Origin: an uncultured Anaerolineales bacterium | GTDB lineage: Bacteria > Chloroflexota > Anaerolineae > B4-G1 > SLSP01 | DNA length: 64,000 nucleotides | Assembly: GCA_964508025.1 (NCBI GenBank) | Contig: CAZDSF010000005.1 | Span: 15,501-79,500 of the forward strand | Direction: 5' to 3' | Shown: piece by piece, positions 48,556-57,736 of the stretch | Position numbering within the stretch: the stretch's first letter is position 1 | Layout of the letters: each line of letters begins with the position of its first letter | Program-made: the position numbers and the translations under genes | Notes under the pieces: generated by a model | The model's input: the letters and a program-made list of their open reading frames with translations, nothing else | Told to the model about the DNA's origin: nothing | Databases searched by the model: none

Positions 48556-49650
48556 TCATCCTTTGACGCCGCTTACCACCACCCCTTGAATGAAGTAGCG
48601 GTTGAGCGCGAAGAAGATGATGACCAGCGGGATAATCGAGATGATGGAACCTGCCATGATGAGATGGAAAGGCGGCGGGCCGCTGACGGCGAAAATGCTG
48701 GGGAAGAGCGCCAACCCCACCGAGAGCGGAAGTTTGTTGGGCGAGTTGAGGTAGATGAGCGGGTAGAAGTATTCGTTCCAGTAGAACATGATGTCAATCA
48801 TGGCAATGGCAAGCAGGACAGGGCGCGACATGGGTAAAATAACCTGCCGCCAGATTTGCAGGTAGCTCGCGCCGTCAATCCGCGCTGCGTCGTCGTAGTC
48901 GCGCGGAATGGTGGAAAAGAACTGGCGCATCAGGAAAATTTCATAAGCTGAGCCGAAAAAGGACGGCAGAATCAGGGGCCAGTAGGTATCAATGAATCTG
49001 GCTCTGATTCCGAACAGGTTTTGCAGCAGTTCGGGGAATTGACGCCCCCATAGCACGTATTGCGGAATAATGGTGGCGTAGACGGGAATCATCATGGTCG
49101 AAAGCACGATCAGGAACAGTTTGTTTTTGCCCGGAGCGCGCAGACGCGCAAAGCCGAACGCTACGAACGAATTGACCAGCACCGATCCCACGGTGTTGAA
49201 CAGGGTATAGAAAATCGTGTTGGTAAAATAGCGTGAGAAGGGGGCGAATTCAAACGTCCAGATGTTGATGTAGTTTTCCCAGCGCAATCTCACCACACGA
49301 TGCTTCCTAGCGTTGGCGGCTGGCGCGAAGATTCTGGTTTCCGGATCGGCAGGGTCAAAGAATTCACTGTCGGTGGGGTGCAAACGCACCATCGCCAGCG
49401 TGCGGGTCTTGCCGTCAATCGTCACATCGTAAAGCACGAAGCGTTTGCCATCGAGTTCGATCAATGCGGGTTCGCGCGGAATGAATTCGGGCGGGATGGA
49501 AAAGACATTGCCAGCTGTTTTGAGTGAGGTGGAGAGCATCCATGCCAGCGGAATCAGAATCACTATCGAGCCGACGGCGACCACCAAGAGGCTGAACAGG
49601 CGTATCCAGGGATTCTGACGACGATCATTTCTTTGAGCGATAGATTCCAT
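48556..49650 (-). CDS. Carbohydrate ABC transporter permease (MalG-type with long periplasmic loop)
   Basis: EAA loop DDAARIDGASYLQIWRQVILPM. Confidence 0.8.
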   Translation of the reverse strand: MESIAQRNDRRQNPWIRLFSLLVVAVGSIVILIPLAWMLSTSLKTAGNVFSIPPEFIPREPALIELDGKRFVLYDVTIDGKTRTLAMVRLHPTDSEFFDPADPETRIFAPAANARKHRVVRLRWENYINIWTFEFAPFSRYFTNTIFYTLFNTVGSVLVNSFVAFGFARLRAPGKNKLFLIVLSTMMIPVYATIIPQYVLWGRQFPELLQNLFGIRARFIDTYWPLILPSFFGSAYEIFLMRQFFSTIPRDYDDAARIDGASYLQIWRQVILPMSRPVLLAIAMIDIMFYWNEYFYPLIYLNSPNKLPLSVGLALFPSIFAVSGPPPFHLIMAGSIISIIPLVIIFFALNRYFIQGVVVSGVKG

Positions 49651-49653
49651 GGG

Positions 49654-50580
49654 TTAGCCTTCTCCCTCGTAGTAGACAACTTTCTGCGAGAGTTTAAAAA
49701 ATACGAATGTTAGCGACATGATGATGATGAACAACACCCAGGCCAGCGCCGAGCCGTATCCCAATCTGTTGGCGCGGATGCCGTTGGAGACCAGATACAG
49801 CACGTACATCAACGTCGCATTATTGGGGCCGCCCAGGCTGAGTCCGCCTCCTGCGCCTTGTCCCGAAATGACAAAGACCTGCGTAAAGATCTGGAAAGAG
49901 GTGATGAAGTTGGTGATGAAGGTAAACAGCAGCACCGGGGAAATCATCGGCAGGGTGATCCTGGTCAGCCGTTGCCAGGCGTTAGCTCCATCCAGTTCGG
50001 CGGCCTCATACAGTGCTGTAGGGACGCCTTGCAACCCTGCCAGGTAAATGACCATCGAACCGCCTACACTCCACAGGCTCATCAACCAGTAGGAGGGCAG
50101 CGCCCATGCTTCGTCCCAAAACCAGCGCGGTCCGGTGATGCCGATCATGCCCAGCGCGGTGTTGAGCAGTCCCAGATCCGGGTTGAGAATCCAGCGCCAA
50201 AGCATGGCCGAAGCTACGCCAGAAATGATGGACGGTAAAAAGTAGAGCGTGCGCCAAAACGAGAGCAGTGGAATTTGCTGGTTCATCAATAACGCCAGGG
50301 CCAGTGCGGCGATCATATTCAGCGGGACGACCACGGCGGTATATCGGATCGTGACTTGCAGGGATTGGTAAAAGAGCGGTTGGGTGAACATCCTGCGGTA
50401 GTTCTCCAACCCGATGAAGTTCATCTCGACGCCGTTGAAGTCGGTGAGGCTGTAGTAGAACGAGGCTAAGATCGGGTAAAGCGTAAAGATCAACATGCCC
50501 AACAGCCAGGGAGCGACAAAGCCGTAAAAGGCGGCGGCTTCACGCCAGGCGAGCGAGCGGTTGCGAAAGAGAATTTTCAT
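49654..50580 (-). CDS. Carbohydrate ABC transporter permease (MalF-type)
   Basis: EAA loop EAAELDGANAWQRLTRITLPM; start MKILFRNRS with GGAGAA RBS. Confidence 0.8.
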   Translation of the reverse strand: MKILFRNRSLAWREAAAFYGFVAPWLLGMLIFTLYPILASFYYSLTDFNGVEMNFIGLENYRRMFTQPLFYQSLQVTIRYTAVVVPLNMIAALALALLMNQQIPLLSFWRTLYFLPSIISGVASAMLWRWILNPDLGLLNTALGMIGITGPRWFWDEAWALPSYWLMSLWSVGGSMVIYLAGLQGVPTALYEAAELDGANAWQRLTRITLPMISPVLLFTFITNFITSFQIFTQVFVISGQGAGGGLSLGGPNNATLMYVLYLVSNGIRANRLGYGSALAWVLFIIIMSLTFVFFKLSQKVVYYEGEG

Positions 50581-50589
50581 CGGTTCTCC

Positions 50590-50668
50590 GAGATGTTTTG
50601 AAGTGTAGATGTCAATACATCTACTCAACATTATACCCGTTGCAGCGGTTTTGTCAAGAGGGTCTGGG
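50590..50668 (-). promoter_or_regulatory. Promoter-operator module copy A: TTGACA-17-TATAAT followed by palindrome GTAGATGT-caat-ACATCTAC
   Basis: Reverse complement reads cTTGACAaaaccgctgcaacgggTATAATgttgaGTAGATGTattgACATCTACac...ggagaaccgATG. Confidence 0.5.
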
Positions 50669-50745
50669 CAAGGAAAAGGCAGATTTTCCCAGAGGCGATG
50701 GGCGTCTGAAAGACGCCCATCGCCTGTCGGCGCCTGCCCGCAACG

Positions 50746-52512
50746 TTACGGCGCGCTCTTGAACACCAGCGGCAAGAAGATGTGGGAAATGTACTCGAAC
50801 GCTCCCAGGTCAGGTTGGTTGTCCCGTAGGATGAAGTCGAAATCGTATATCAGCGGCGGGGTGAGCGCGATGGCCTTGTCGCGCGCTGCGCTATCGGCTT
50901 TCAAACGCAGGTTTGCGGGGGCGTTCACAAAGCCGGGATCGCCGGTCCAGTGGGTCGCGTCGGTGTAGTGCTCGGGGGTGCGCGAGAAGAAGTTGTGGCT
51001 CAGGTGGAAAGTGCCGGTCAGCACCCAATCCTCATCGGTAATAAGCGGGAAGCCAGCGGGGATGTCGAAGATGTTGTTCTTGAAATGCACGTCGTTGTCG
51101 CTGCCATCGCCCTCATCGTAGTGGAGGTACAGACCGCCGTTGATGTTGTGGATGGTATTGTGGTAGATGTGGACGTTCTCGGTGTGGTCGCCGCGTGCGC
51201 CGATCGCATAGATGGTGCGCGTGATCTCGACCGTGTTGTAGATCAGGTTGTTGAAGATGTACACGTTCCGCGTGGGGGCATTGGCTCCAATCTCGTCTGC
51301 GTCGCCCCAGGCGTCAACGCCGATGATGAAAAGGGGATCTTCTGCGTAATTGGGGGTGATGTCGCGCATCACGTTGCCATATATCAGGGTATCGTTAGCG
51401 CCGGGCTGGAGGTGGATGGCGCCGTTCCAGAACATATCTAGTGTGAAGTTGTGGATGGTGTTGCCGAAGATGACGCTGCCGCGATTGTGATGTTCCTTGA
51501 CCTCGATGGCATTTTCCAGCCAGGCGTTTGCGCTGTGGGAAATGTCGTTGCCCAGCACGTGGGTGAACTGGGTGTGATTGCAGGCCTCGCCCTGCCAGCC
51601 CGCGCCGATGTAGATGCCTTCATCGCTGGTATCGTAGATTTCGTTGTTGATGAGGAAGTTGTAGCGCGCGGGGTGGGTTTGGGTGCCGTTCACATAGATG
51701 CCGGGGGCATCGGTAATGTGGCTGGCGCCGCCATTGGCGAAGACCACGTAGCTGGCGTCCTGGATGTGCACGCCGCCCGGCCTGTTGGTCACGTACACCC
51801 CGTCCACGGTGATGAACGAGACCGGATTGTTGGCGCCGCAGGGATCATTCCAGCCATCCCCGATGTAGAGCATGGTATAGCCGGAGAGGCTTGTGCCATC
51901 CAGGGTGACGTAGCCGTTTTGAGGGTCGGCGTTGCGCAATTGGACAGGGCGACCCACTGCGGCGGAGAGGCGGGTGTCGTCGTTCGGCGTTCCCGTCTCT
52001 GGCCGGAAATTGGCCCCTGATACGGTGGCGGTGCGGCTGACTGGGTTCACTCCGACGATCTGGTATACGCCGCTGTTGCCCACCCAACTGCGCGCCAGGT
52101 ACAGGTAATACTCGCCGGGGTGGGCGATCAGGTCAATCCCCGAAAGGTCGGCGCCGGCGGGGAAGACGACCTGATCCTGTCCCTGGATCTGCACGCCGGT
52201 GGTCATCGTCACGACCTGCGCGCCGGATTGTTTGAGAACGACCCTTTCGTTGTAGGTTCCAGGCCGCACCCAGAGGATGCTGCCGGGTTCTAGCGGTTTG
52301 GCGGTCGCCTCGTTGATGGTTTTGAAGGCTTCTTCCCAGCTGGAGCCGTCTCCAGACGCATCCACAGCGGCATCCACGTAGTAGATGGGGGGAGCAGCTT
52401 CGAGGCTGGCGCCTGCGCTGAACTTGATGTTCGTTGCCAGAAGGACGATAGCGCCCAGGACCAGAACGAAAGTCCCTACTTGTAACACGCGATTCCATCT
52501 TGACATTTGCAA
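50746..52512 (-). CDS. Secreted right-handed parallel beta-helix repeat protein (pectate-lyase-fold; polysaccharide lyase/hydrolase candidate)
   Basis: N-terminal signal/anchor; many PbH1-type repeats (NNxIY/HNTIHN, IYGNV...). Confidence 0.65.
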   Translation of the reverse strand: MQMSRWNRVLQVGTFVLVLGAIVLLATNIKFSAGASLEAAPPIYYVDAAVDASGDGSSWEEAFKTINEATAKPLEPGSILWVRPGTYNERVVLKQSGAQVVTMTTGVQIQGQDQVVFPAGADLSGIDLIAHPGEYYLYLARSWVGNSGVYQIVGVNPVSRTATVSGANFRPETGTPNDDTRLSAAVGRPVQLRNADPQNGYVTLDGTSLSGYTMLYIGDGWNDPCGANNPVSFITVDGVYVTNRPGGVHIQDASYVVFANGGASHITDAPGIYVNGTQTHPARYNFLINNEIYDTSDEGIYIGAGWQGEACNHTQFTHVLGNDISHSANAWLENAIEVKEHHNRGSVIFGNTIHNFTLDMFWNGAIHLQPGANDTLIYGNVMRDITPNYAEDPLFIIGVDAWGDADEIGANAPTRNVYIFNNLIYNTVEITRTIYAIGARGDHTENVHIYHNTIHNINGGLYLHYDEGDGSDNDVHFKNNIFDIPAGFPLITDEDWVLTGTFHLSHNFFSRTPEHYTDATHWTGDPGFVNAPANLRLKADSAARDKAIALTPPLIYDFDFILRDNQPDLGAFEYISHIFLPLVFKSAP

Positions 52513-52667
52513 ATCCCTCCTCTATGTGAAATGATTTTGAGATATACGCGACGCGGGTTTTACTTCTGAAACCTGGTTGTGGATGGTAAATGGGATGATG
52601 CCACCTCCTTTCTGGGGCAGCTGGGATCTGCCGTCCACATTTTCGAGCGCCTTCTACCGTCTTTTAC

Positions 52668-52738
52668 GAGATGTTATGAGGTGTAGATGTCAAGACATCT
52701 AGTGTCCATTATACTTGTGATGCAGGGTTTGTCAAGTA
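52668..52738 (-). promoter_or_regulatory. Promoter-operator module copy B (about 80% identical to copy A): TTGACA-16-TATAAT plus palindrome TAGATGTC-aa-GACATCTA
   Basis: Reverse complement reads cTTGACAaaccctgcatcacaagTATAATggacacTAGATGTCttGACATCTAcacc. It lies ~150 nt upstream of the beta-helix ATG. Confidence 0.5.
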
Positions 52739-52786
52739 GCAGCGCGCCGGGTATTTCTGAAATTGCCGCGACTTTCAGGTCTCCGT

Positions 52787-52833
52787 CTTGACTTTTCCAT
52801 GACTCCAATTAAAATAGATGTGCTGACATCTAT
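52787..52833 (+). promoter_or_regulatory. Promoter-operator module copy C for the plus-strand GH gene: TTGACT-17-TAAAAT plus palindrome ATAGATGT-gctg-ACATCTAT
   Basis: Sequence cTTGACTtttccatgactccaatTAAAATAGATGTgctgACATCTATac lies 25 bp before the ATG at 52857. Confidence 0.5.
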
Positions 52834-52856
52834 ACTTTTACCGAAAGAGGCTGCTT

Positions 52857-54923
52857 ATGCTAACTCCTGTCAAGCTTGTGGGCAACTACTTTGTCAACGC
52901 CAATGGCCCTTTCATCCCCATCGGCGTTAACTGGGTTCCCGCCCGCGCCGCCATGCAGTGGCCCTTCGAGTGGGACGAAGCCGCCATCGAAGCCGACTTT
53001 GCCCGCATGAAGCAGATGCGCATCAACTTGGTACGTTTCGATTTGGTCTGGCAATGGGTGGAGCCGCGTCCGGGCCAATACAACCCCAAAGCCTTCGAGC
53101 AATTCGATTTTCTGATTGCGCTGGCGCATCAATACGGAATTTATCTCAATCCGGCCCTGTTCGCAGGCGGCGAAGTGGGCGACGCCTGGTGGGAAGTCCC
53201 CTGGCGGCAGGGACGCCATCCGCACGCTGATGCGGATATGCTCTTCTGGCAGGCGCGGCATGTGGAACAGTTCGCCCGGCGCTACCGCGGCGAGAGCGCC
53301 ATCCTGGCCTGGGACCTGACCGATGAGCCGCCCTATTGGGTGGTGATGAAGCCCGGTCAAACCACCGACGCCATGGCAGCAGTCTGGACGCAATTGCTGA
53401 CCGATTCCATCCGCAAATTCGACCCCGAACACCTGGTGATGGTTGGCGCCTCGAACATGGAGCTGGGTCGCGGCCCCTTCCGCGCCGATGTCATCCGCCC
53501 CTGGGTGGATTTTTTCAGCGTTCATCCCTACCCGCTCTACAACCAGAGTTATTACCCCGAACCGATTCTCTCCACCCGCAGTTCCTACGCCGCCGCCTTC
53601 GAGACGGCGCTGGTCAGAAGCGCGGGCAAGCCGGTGCTGATGCAGGAGTTCGGCAGCACCTCGGCCCAATGCAGCCTGGAAGTACAGGCGCGCTACTATG
53701 AGGTGTTCATGCACAGCGCCCTGGCCGCCGGCAACATGGGGTTGGTGGCCTGGACGTTTACGGACGCCGACCCGGCCGTCCAGTACCGGCGCGCGCCTTA
53801 CAAACGCAATCCGCACGAGACGCAGTTCGGCGTGACCTCGGCCGATGGCGCGCCGCGACCGCAGGGGGAGACGCTGGCCCGGATGGGCGCCATTCTGGCT
53901 GACCTGGATTTGACCGGCCTGGCGCCAGAGCCGCCGCAAGCGGGCATTCTCGTTCCGCATGAGTGGGCGGTCGGCGTGGATTACCGCGAATACGGCTTTC
54001 CACCCGATACGCTCTATCAGTACGTGCCGCGCGACGACATTTTCCATCACCAAACCGACCCCGCCGCGCAGGAGCAGTTGACCCAGGCCTGGCTCTCGGC
54101 CTTCATCCTCAGCCGGCAGGCCGGAATTCCCGTTTCTTTCCCGCGCGAAAACGACGCCTGGCAAACGCTCCCGCTGATTCTCGCGCCCTACCCGCTGACA
54201 GGTTCGAGCGGCGTCTATTTCTCCTATCATCTTTACACGACCTTTTGGGAACAGGCGCGAGAGTACCTGAACGCGGGCGGAACGCTTTATGTTTCGCTCA
54301 ACGCCAATACCGCCATCCCGTGCGAACTGTGCCGCGAGATTTGCGGCTTCACGCTCTCCGACCGCGCTCGCTGGCGGGAGCAGATCGAAATCACCTTCAC
54401 CGCCGACTTTGGGGCTTGCCCCGCCGGAACAAAAATGACCTTGCCTGCCTTCCCCGGTGTGGACGGGACGGGCGTGCTTATCGAAAACGAATCTGCCCAA
54501 ATTCTCGCCGTTGACCAAAACGGGCAACCTGCTATTTTGCGGCGCGACCACGGGCGCGGCAAGATCATCATCTCTACCTATCCGCTGGAACTACTGCTCG
54601 GTAGACACTACGCCGCCTTCGAGACTTCGCGCCCCGAAGCCGCCTTCTACCGCGCCCTGAAACAAGCGGCGGGAATTGCGCCGCTCTGCGAAACCAGCCG
54701 CCCCGAAGTGGAATGCGGCATCTTGCAGGGCCAGGGACGGGCGCTGGCGATTCTGGTCAATCACGCGGCGGAGACGCAAACCGGGCAGGCGCTTTTTCAT
54801 GCGGAAATCAAAAACCTTGTCTTGCTGACGGCGGAGGGCAAAACCCCCGCCTTGCACGCCGTCCAAACCTGGGACTTCACCCTCCCGCCTTTCTCTGGCG
54901 CAATCTATGCAATCACGCACTGA
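52857..54923 (+). CDS. Glycoside hydrolase, clan GH-A TIM barrel with C-terminal beta-domains (GH5/GH42-like architecture)
   Basis: Catalytic pattern ...AWDLTDEPP (acid/base) and ...LMQEFGS (nucleophile); 688 aa. Confidence 0.65.
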   Translation: MLTPVKLVGNYFVNANGPFIPIGVNWVPARAAMQWPFEWDEAAIEADFARMKQMRINLVRFDLVWQWVEPRPGQYNPKAFEQFDFLIALAHQYGIYLNPALFAGGEVGDAWWEVPWRQGRHPHADADMLFWQARHVEQFARRYRGESAILAWDLTDEPPYWVVMKPGQTTDAMAAVWTQLLTDSIRKFDPEHLVMVGASNMELGRGPFRADVIRPWVDFFSVHPYPLYNQSYYPEPILSTRSSYAAAFETALVRSAGKPVLMQEFGSTSAQCSLEVQARYYEVFMHSALAAGNMGLVAWTFTDADPAVQYRRAPYKRNPHETQFGVTSADGAPRPQGETLARMGAILADLDLTGLAPEPPQAGILVPHEWAVGVDYREYGFPPDTLYQYVPRDDIFHHQTDPAAQEQLTQAWLSAFILSRQAGIPVSFPRENDAWQTLPLILAPYPLTGSSGVYFSYHLYTTFWEQAREYLNAGGTLYVSLNANTAIPCELCREICGFTLSDRARWREQIEITFTADFGACPAGTKMTLPAFPGVDGTGVLIENESAQILAVDQNGQPAILRRDHGRGKIIISTYPLELLLGRHYAAFETSRPEAAFYRALKQAAGIAPLCETSRPEVECGILQGQGRALAILVNHAAETQTGQALFHAEIKNLVLLTAEGKTPALHAVQTWDFTLPPFSGAIYAITH

Positions 54924-55809
54924 AACCCATGTCGGCGCGCTCGACATCGGCGGGACGAAAATCGCCTGCGGCATCGTCCGCGCCGATGGGACGGTTCTGG
55001 CGGAAGCGTCTTTCGCCGCCCAACCCGAACTCGGCGCGGAGCGGCAAATGTCGCGGGCGGCGCAAACGTTGCGGCAGCAGCAGGCCAGCCTCGGCGTGGA
55101 TCTGGCGGGACTCGGCATCGGCTGCACCGGCCCGGTTCATCCACAAACGGGCGTTGTAGGGGACGTTCCCTTCCTGGCGGGTTGGAGCGGCTTCAATCTG
55201 GTAGAGTTCTTCCGGCAGCAATTTTCCATTCCGGTTTTTCTTGAAAATGACGCCGACGCTGCGCTGTTGGGCGAAGCGCGTTTTGGGGCAGGGCGCGGCT
55301 GTGAAAGTTTCATCCTGGTCACGCTCGGCACGGGCATTGGCGGCGGCATCTGGCGCAACGGCCTGTGGCGCGGCGCGGGCGGAACGCATCCCGAAATCGG
55401 CCACATGATCATTCACGAAGGCGGGCGGGCCTGCTCTTGCGGGGGGCGGGGCTGCTGGGAAGCGACCTGCGGCGGGGCGGCGCTGATGGAGCAGGCGCGC
55501 GAACGCTTTCCGCAAGCATCTCTGGCGCACGCAGGCGAGATTTTCGAGCGTCCGATCTTTCGGCCCCTGGCAAAGGAGTGGCTGGCCGATATGGGCGCGG
55601 GCCTGGCGAATCTGATAACGCTCTATACGCCGCTGCGGGTGGTTCTGGTGGGCGGGTTGATGCGCAGCGCGCCGTTGTTTTGGGATGATTTGTTGCGAGA
55701 AACGCGCGCTCGTTGTTGGTTGGTGCCTTTCGAGACAAGCGAACTGTGGCGCGGTGGAGCGGCGTCGGGCCTCGTGGGCGCTGCGGCGGTTTTCTGGAAT
55801 GCAATATAG
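54907..55809 (+). CDS. ROK-family sugar kinase (no HTH; glucokinase/N-acetylhexosamine kinase type)
   Basis: Sequence LDIGGTKIACGIV (ATP site) plus the ROK zinc motif CSCGGRGCWEA. Confidence 0.8.
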   Translation: MQSRTETHVGALDIGGTKIACGIVRADGTVLAEASFAAQPELGAERQMSRAAQTLRQQQASLGVDLAGLGIGCTGPVHPQTGVVGDVPFLAGWSGFNLVEFFRQQFSIPVFLENDADAALLGEARFGAGRGCESFILVTLGTGIGGGIWRNGLWRGAGGTHPEIGHMIIHEGGRACSCGGRGCWEATCGGAALMEQARERFPQASLAHAGEIFERPIFRPLAKEWLADMGAGLANLITLYTPLRVVLVGGLMRSAPLFWDDLLRETRARCWLVPFETSELWRGGAASGLVGAAAVFWNAI

Positions 55810-55873
55810 CGCTAGATAGGTCTGGCAGCCAATAGCAGCATTCATGTTTTGAGTATAGAAGGGAAGTCGCGGC

Positions 55874-56902
55874 ATGAAAATCACTCCTTACATCTCAGAT
55901 ATTCTCGATCAACCGATGGCGTTGGAACATGCGTTAGTGGAAATTTTTCGCCGTCCCGCTTTGACCCGTTTTGCAGATGGATTGTGGACAGGGCGCTATC
56001 GCCGCGTTATCCTGACGGGCATGGGGTCCTCCTTTTTCGCTGCGATTCCGCTGCACTACCGCCTGTTGCGGGCAGGCGTGAACGTGCAGCTGCTGGAAAC
56101 TTCCGAACTGATTCACTGCCTGCCGCAGTTGATGGATCCTGCCAGCTTGTTTGTAGTCATTTCGCAGTCAGGCCAGAGTGCGGAAGTGGTTCACTTGCTG
56201 GAGCGGGCCAGGAACCGCGCCGACATTCTTGCGGTGACGAACGAGGCCGAAAGCCCGCTGGCGCTTGGCGCTCGCGCTGCCATCTTGATTCACGCGGGCA
56301 GCGAGAACACGGTCTCGTGCAAGACCTATCTCAACACGCTGGCGGCGCTCACCGCCCTGGGCGATGATCTGATCTCTGACGAAACCTTGCTGTTGCAGCT
56401 GGCCGCCGCCCCTCAGGCGGTGCAAATGTATCTGCAAAACTGGGAGGCGCACGTGGCTTTTCTCGTCAAGGAAATGCAAGGCATCGAACATCTCTTCTTG
56501 TTGGGACGCGGCGACTCGCTGGCGGCAGCTGGCGCGGGCGGCTTGATTATCAAAGAAGCGGCGCACTTTCCGGCCCAATCCATGAGCGCCGCCGCTTTTC
56601 GACACGGCCCGATTGATATGACCGCCCCAGACGTGTTTGCCCTGGTCTTTGCGGGCTGTCCTGTAGCTTACGAGATGAACCTCAGGCTGGTGCAAGATGT
56701 CCGTCAGTTTGGCGGAGCGGCGCACCTGGCGGCAACCAGACTCGTCCAGGAATCCGCTTTTGATCTGCCGCCCGTTCCGGCTGCGGCTTTGCCCCTTGTG
56801 GAAATACTGCCTGCGCAAATGCTTTCGCTGGCTTTGGCGGAAAAGCGGCGTCATGCGGCGGGCGTTTTCCAGTTTGGCGCCAAAGTAACCGTGGTATTAT
56901 AG
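55874..56902 (+). CDS. SIS-domain sugar-phosphate isomerase/deaminase (AgaS/GlmS-C-terminal-like)
   Basis: Two SIS domains; motif VVISQSGQSAEV. Confidence 0.75.
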   Translation: MKITPYISDILDQPMALEHALVEIFRRPALTRFADGLWTGRYRRVILTGMGSSFFAAIPLHYRLLRAGVNVQLLETSELIHCLPQLMDPASLFVVISQSGQSAEVVHLLERARNRADILAVTNEAESPLALGARAAILIHAGSENTVSCKTYLNTLAALTALGDDLISDETLLLQLAAAPQAVQMYLQNWEAHVAFLVKEMQGIEHLFLLGRGDSLAAAGAGGLIIKEAAHFPAQSMSAAAFRHGPIDMTAPDVFALVFAGCPVAYEMNLRLVQDVRQFGGAAHLAATRLVQESAFDLPPVPAAALPLVEILPAQMLSLALAEKRRHAAGVFQFGAKVTVVL

Positions 56903-56939
56903 TGTTAAAGTTGTCAACGATCTGTCATGGAGGGAGCAG

Positions 56940-57698
56940 ATGAAAAAGGAATGGTTCAGCATAGACCCGCATTCCAACGCCCCGCTGTATAGCCTGATTG
57001 CTCAGAACTTCCGCGAGCTGATCACGCAGGGTAAACTCCAGCCGGGCGACGCTCTGCCTTCGGAATGGGAGCTGAGCGAATATTATGGCGCGAGCCGTCT
57101 GACCGTGCGCCGCGCTTTGGATGACCTGAGCCGCGAGGGTTGGGTGCGCCGCCGTCACGGGGTGGGGACTTTTGTTGCCAATCCCAAGAGCGCCCAAATT
57201 GCGCCCAGCAAACTCAGCTTCACCCAGCAAATGCTGGCGATTGGGCGCGTTCCCAGCAGTCAAGTGCTCGGCGTTATCATCGTGCCCGCCAGCCCGGAGA
57301 TCGCCGCGCGCTTGAATCTCAAAGCTGAAACGCCCGTCATCGAAATCACCCGGTTGCGTCTGGCCGACGGCGAACCCATCCTGCTCGAAACCGCCTATTT
57401 GCAGGCTGAACGCTTTCCAGGGCTGGAAAATATCGAAACGTGGGTCAATGGCTCGCTGTATGAAACGCTCGAGAGCCGCTTCAACACCAAAGTCACGGTC
57501 ATGGATCAAACCCTGGAGCCGATCATTCTGGATGAAAAAGACGCCGTCTTTCTGCGTTCTCAGCCTGGCACGCCAGCCATCTATAGCGAAGTCGTCTCCT
57601 ACGCCGAAGACGGTTCGCCGATCGAGTATTCCTGGTCGGTCACCCCAGGCGAACGCTCCAAGTTCTTCTTCAGTTTCCGCAGGGCGGAGATCGGATAG
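56940..57698 (+). CDS. GntR/HutC-family transcriptional regulator (wHTH plus UTRA effector domain)
   Basis: Sequence LPSEWELSEYYGASRLTVRRALDDLSREGWVRRRHGVGTFV. Confidence 0.85.
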   Translation: MKKEWFSIDPHSNAPLYSLIAQNFRELITQGKLQPGDALPSEWELSEYYGASRLTVRRALDDLSREGWVRRRHGVGTFVANPKSAQIAPSKLSFTQQMLAIGRVPSSQVLGVIIVPASPEIAARLNLKAETPVIEITRLRLADGEPILLETAYLQAERFPGLENIETWVNGSLYETLESRFNTKVTVMDQTLEPIILDEKDAVFLRSQPGTPAIYSEVVSYAEDGSPIEYSWSVTPGERSKFFFSFRRAEIG

Positions 57699-57736
57699 GA
57701 AAGAATATCCGTAGATGATGCGGATTTCACATATTC

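Noticed and set aside
52860-54551. 563-aa minus-strand ORF
   Set aside because: It is antisense to the GH clan-A hydrolase.
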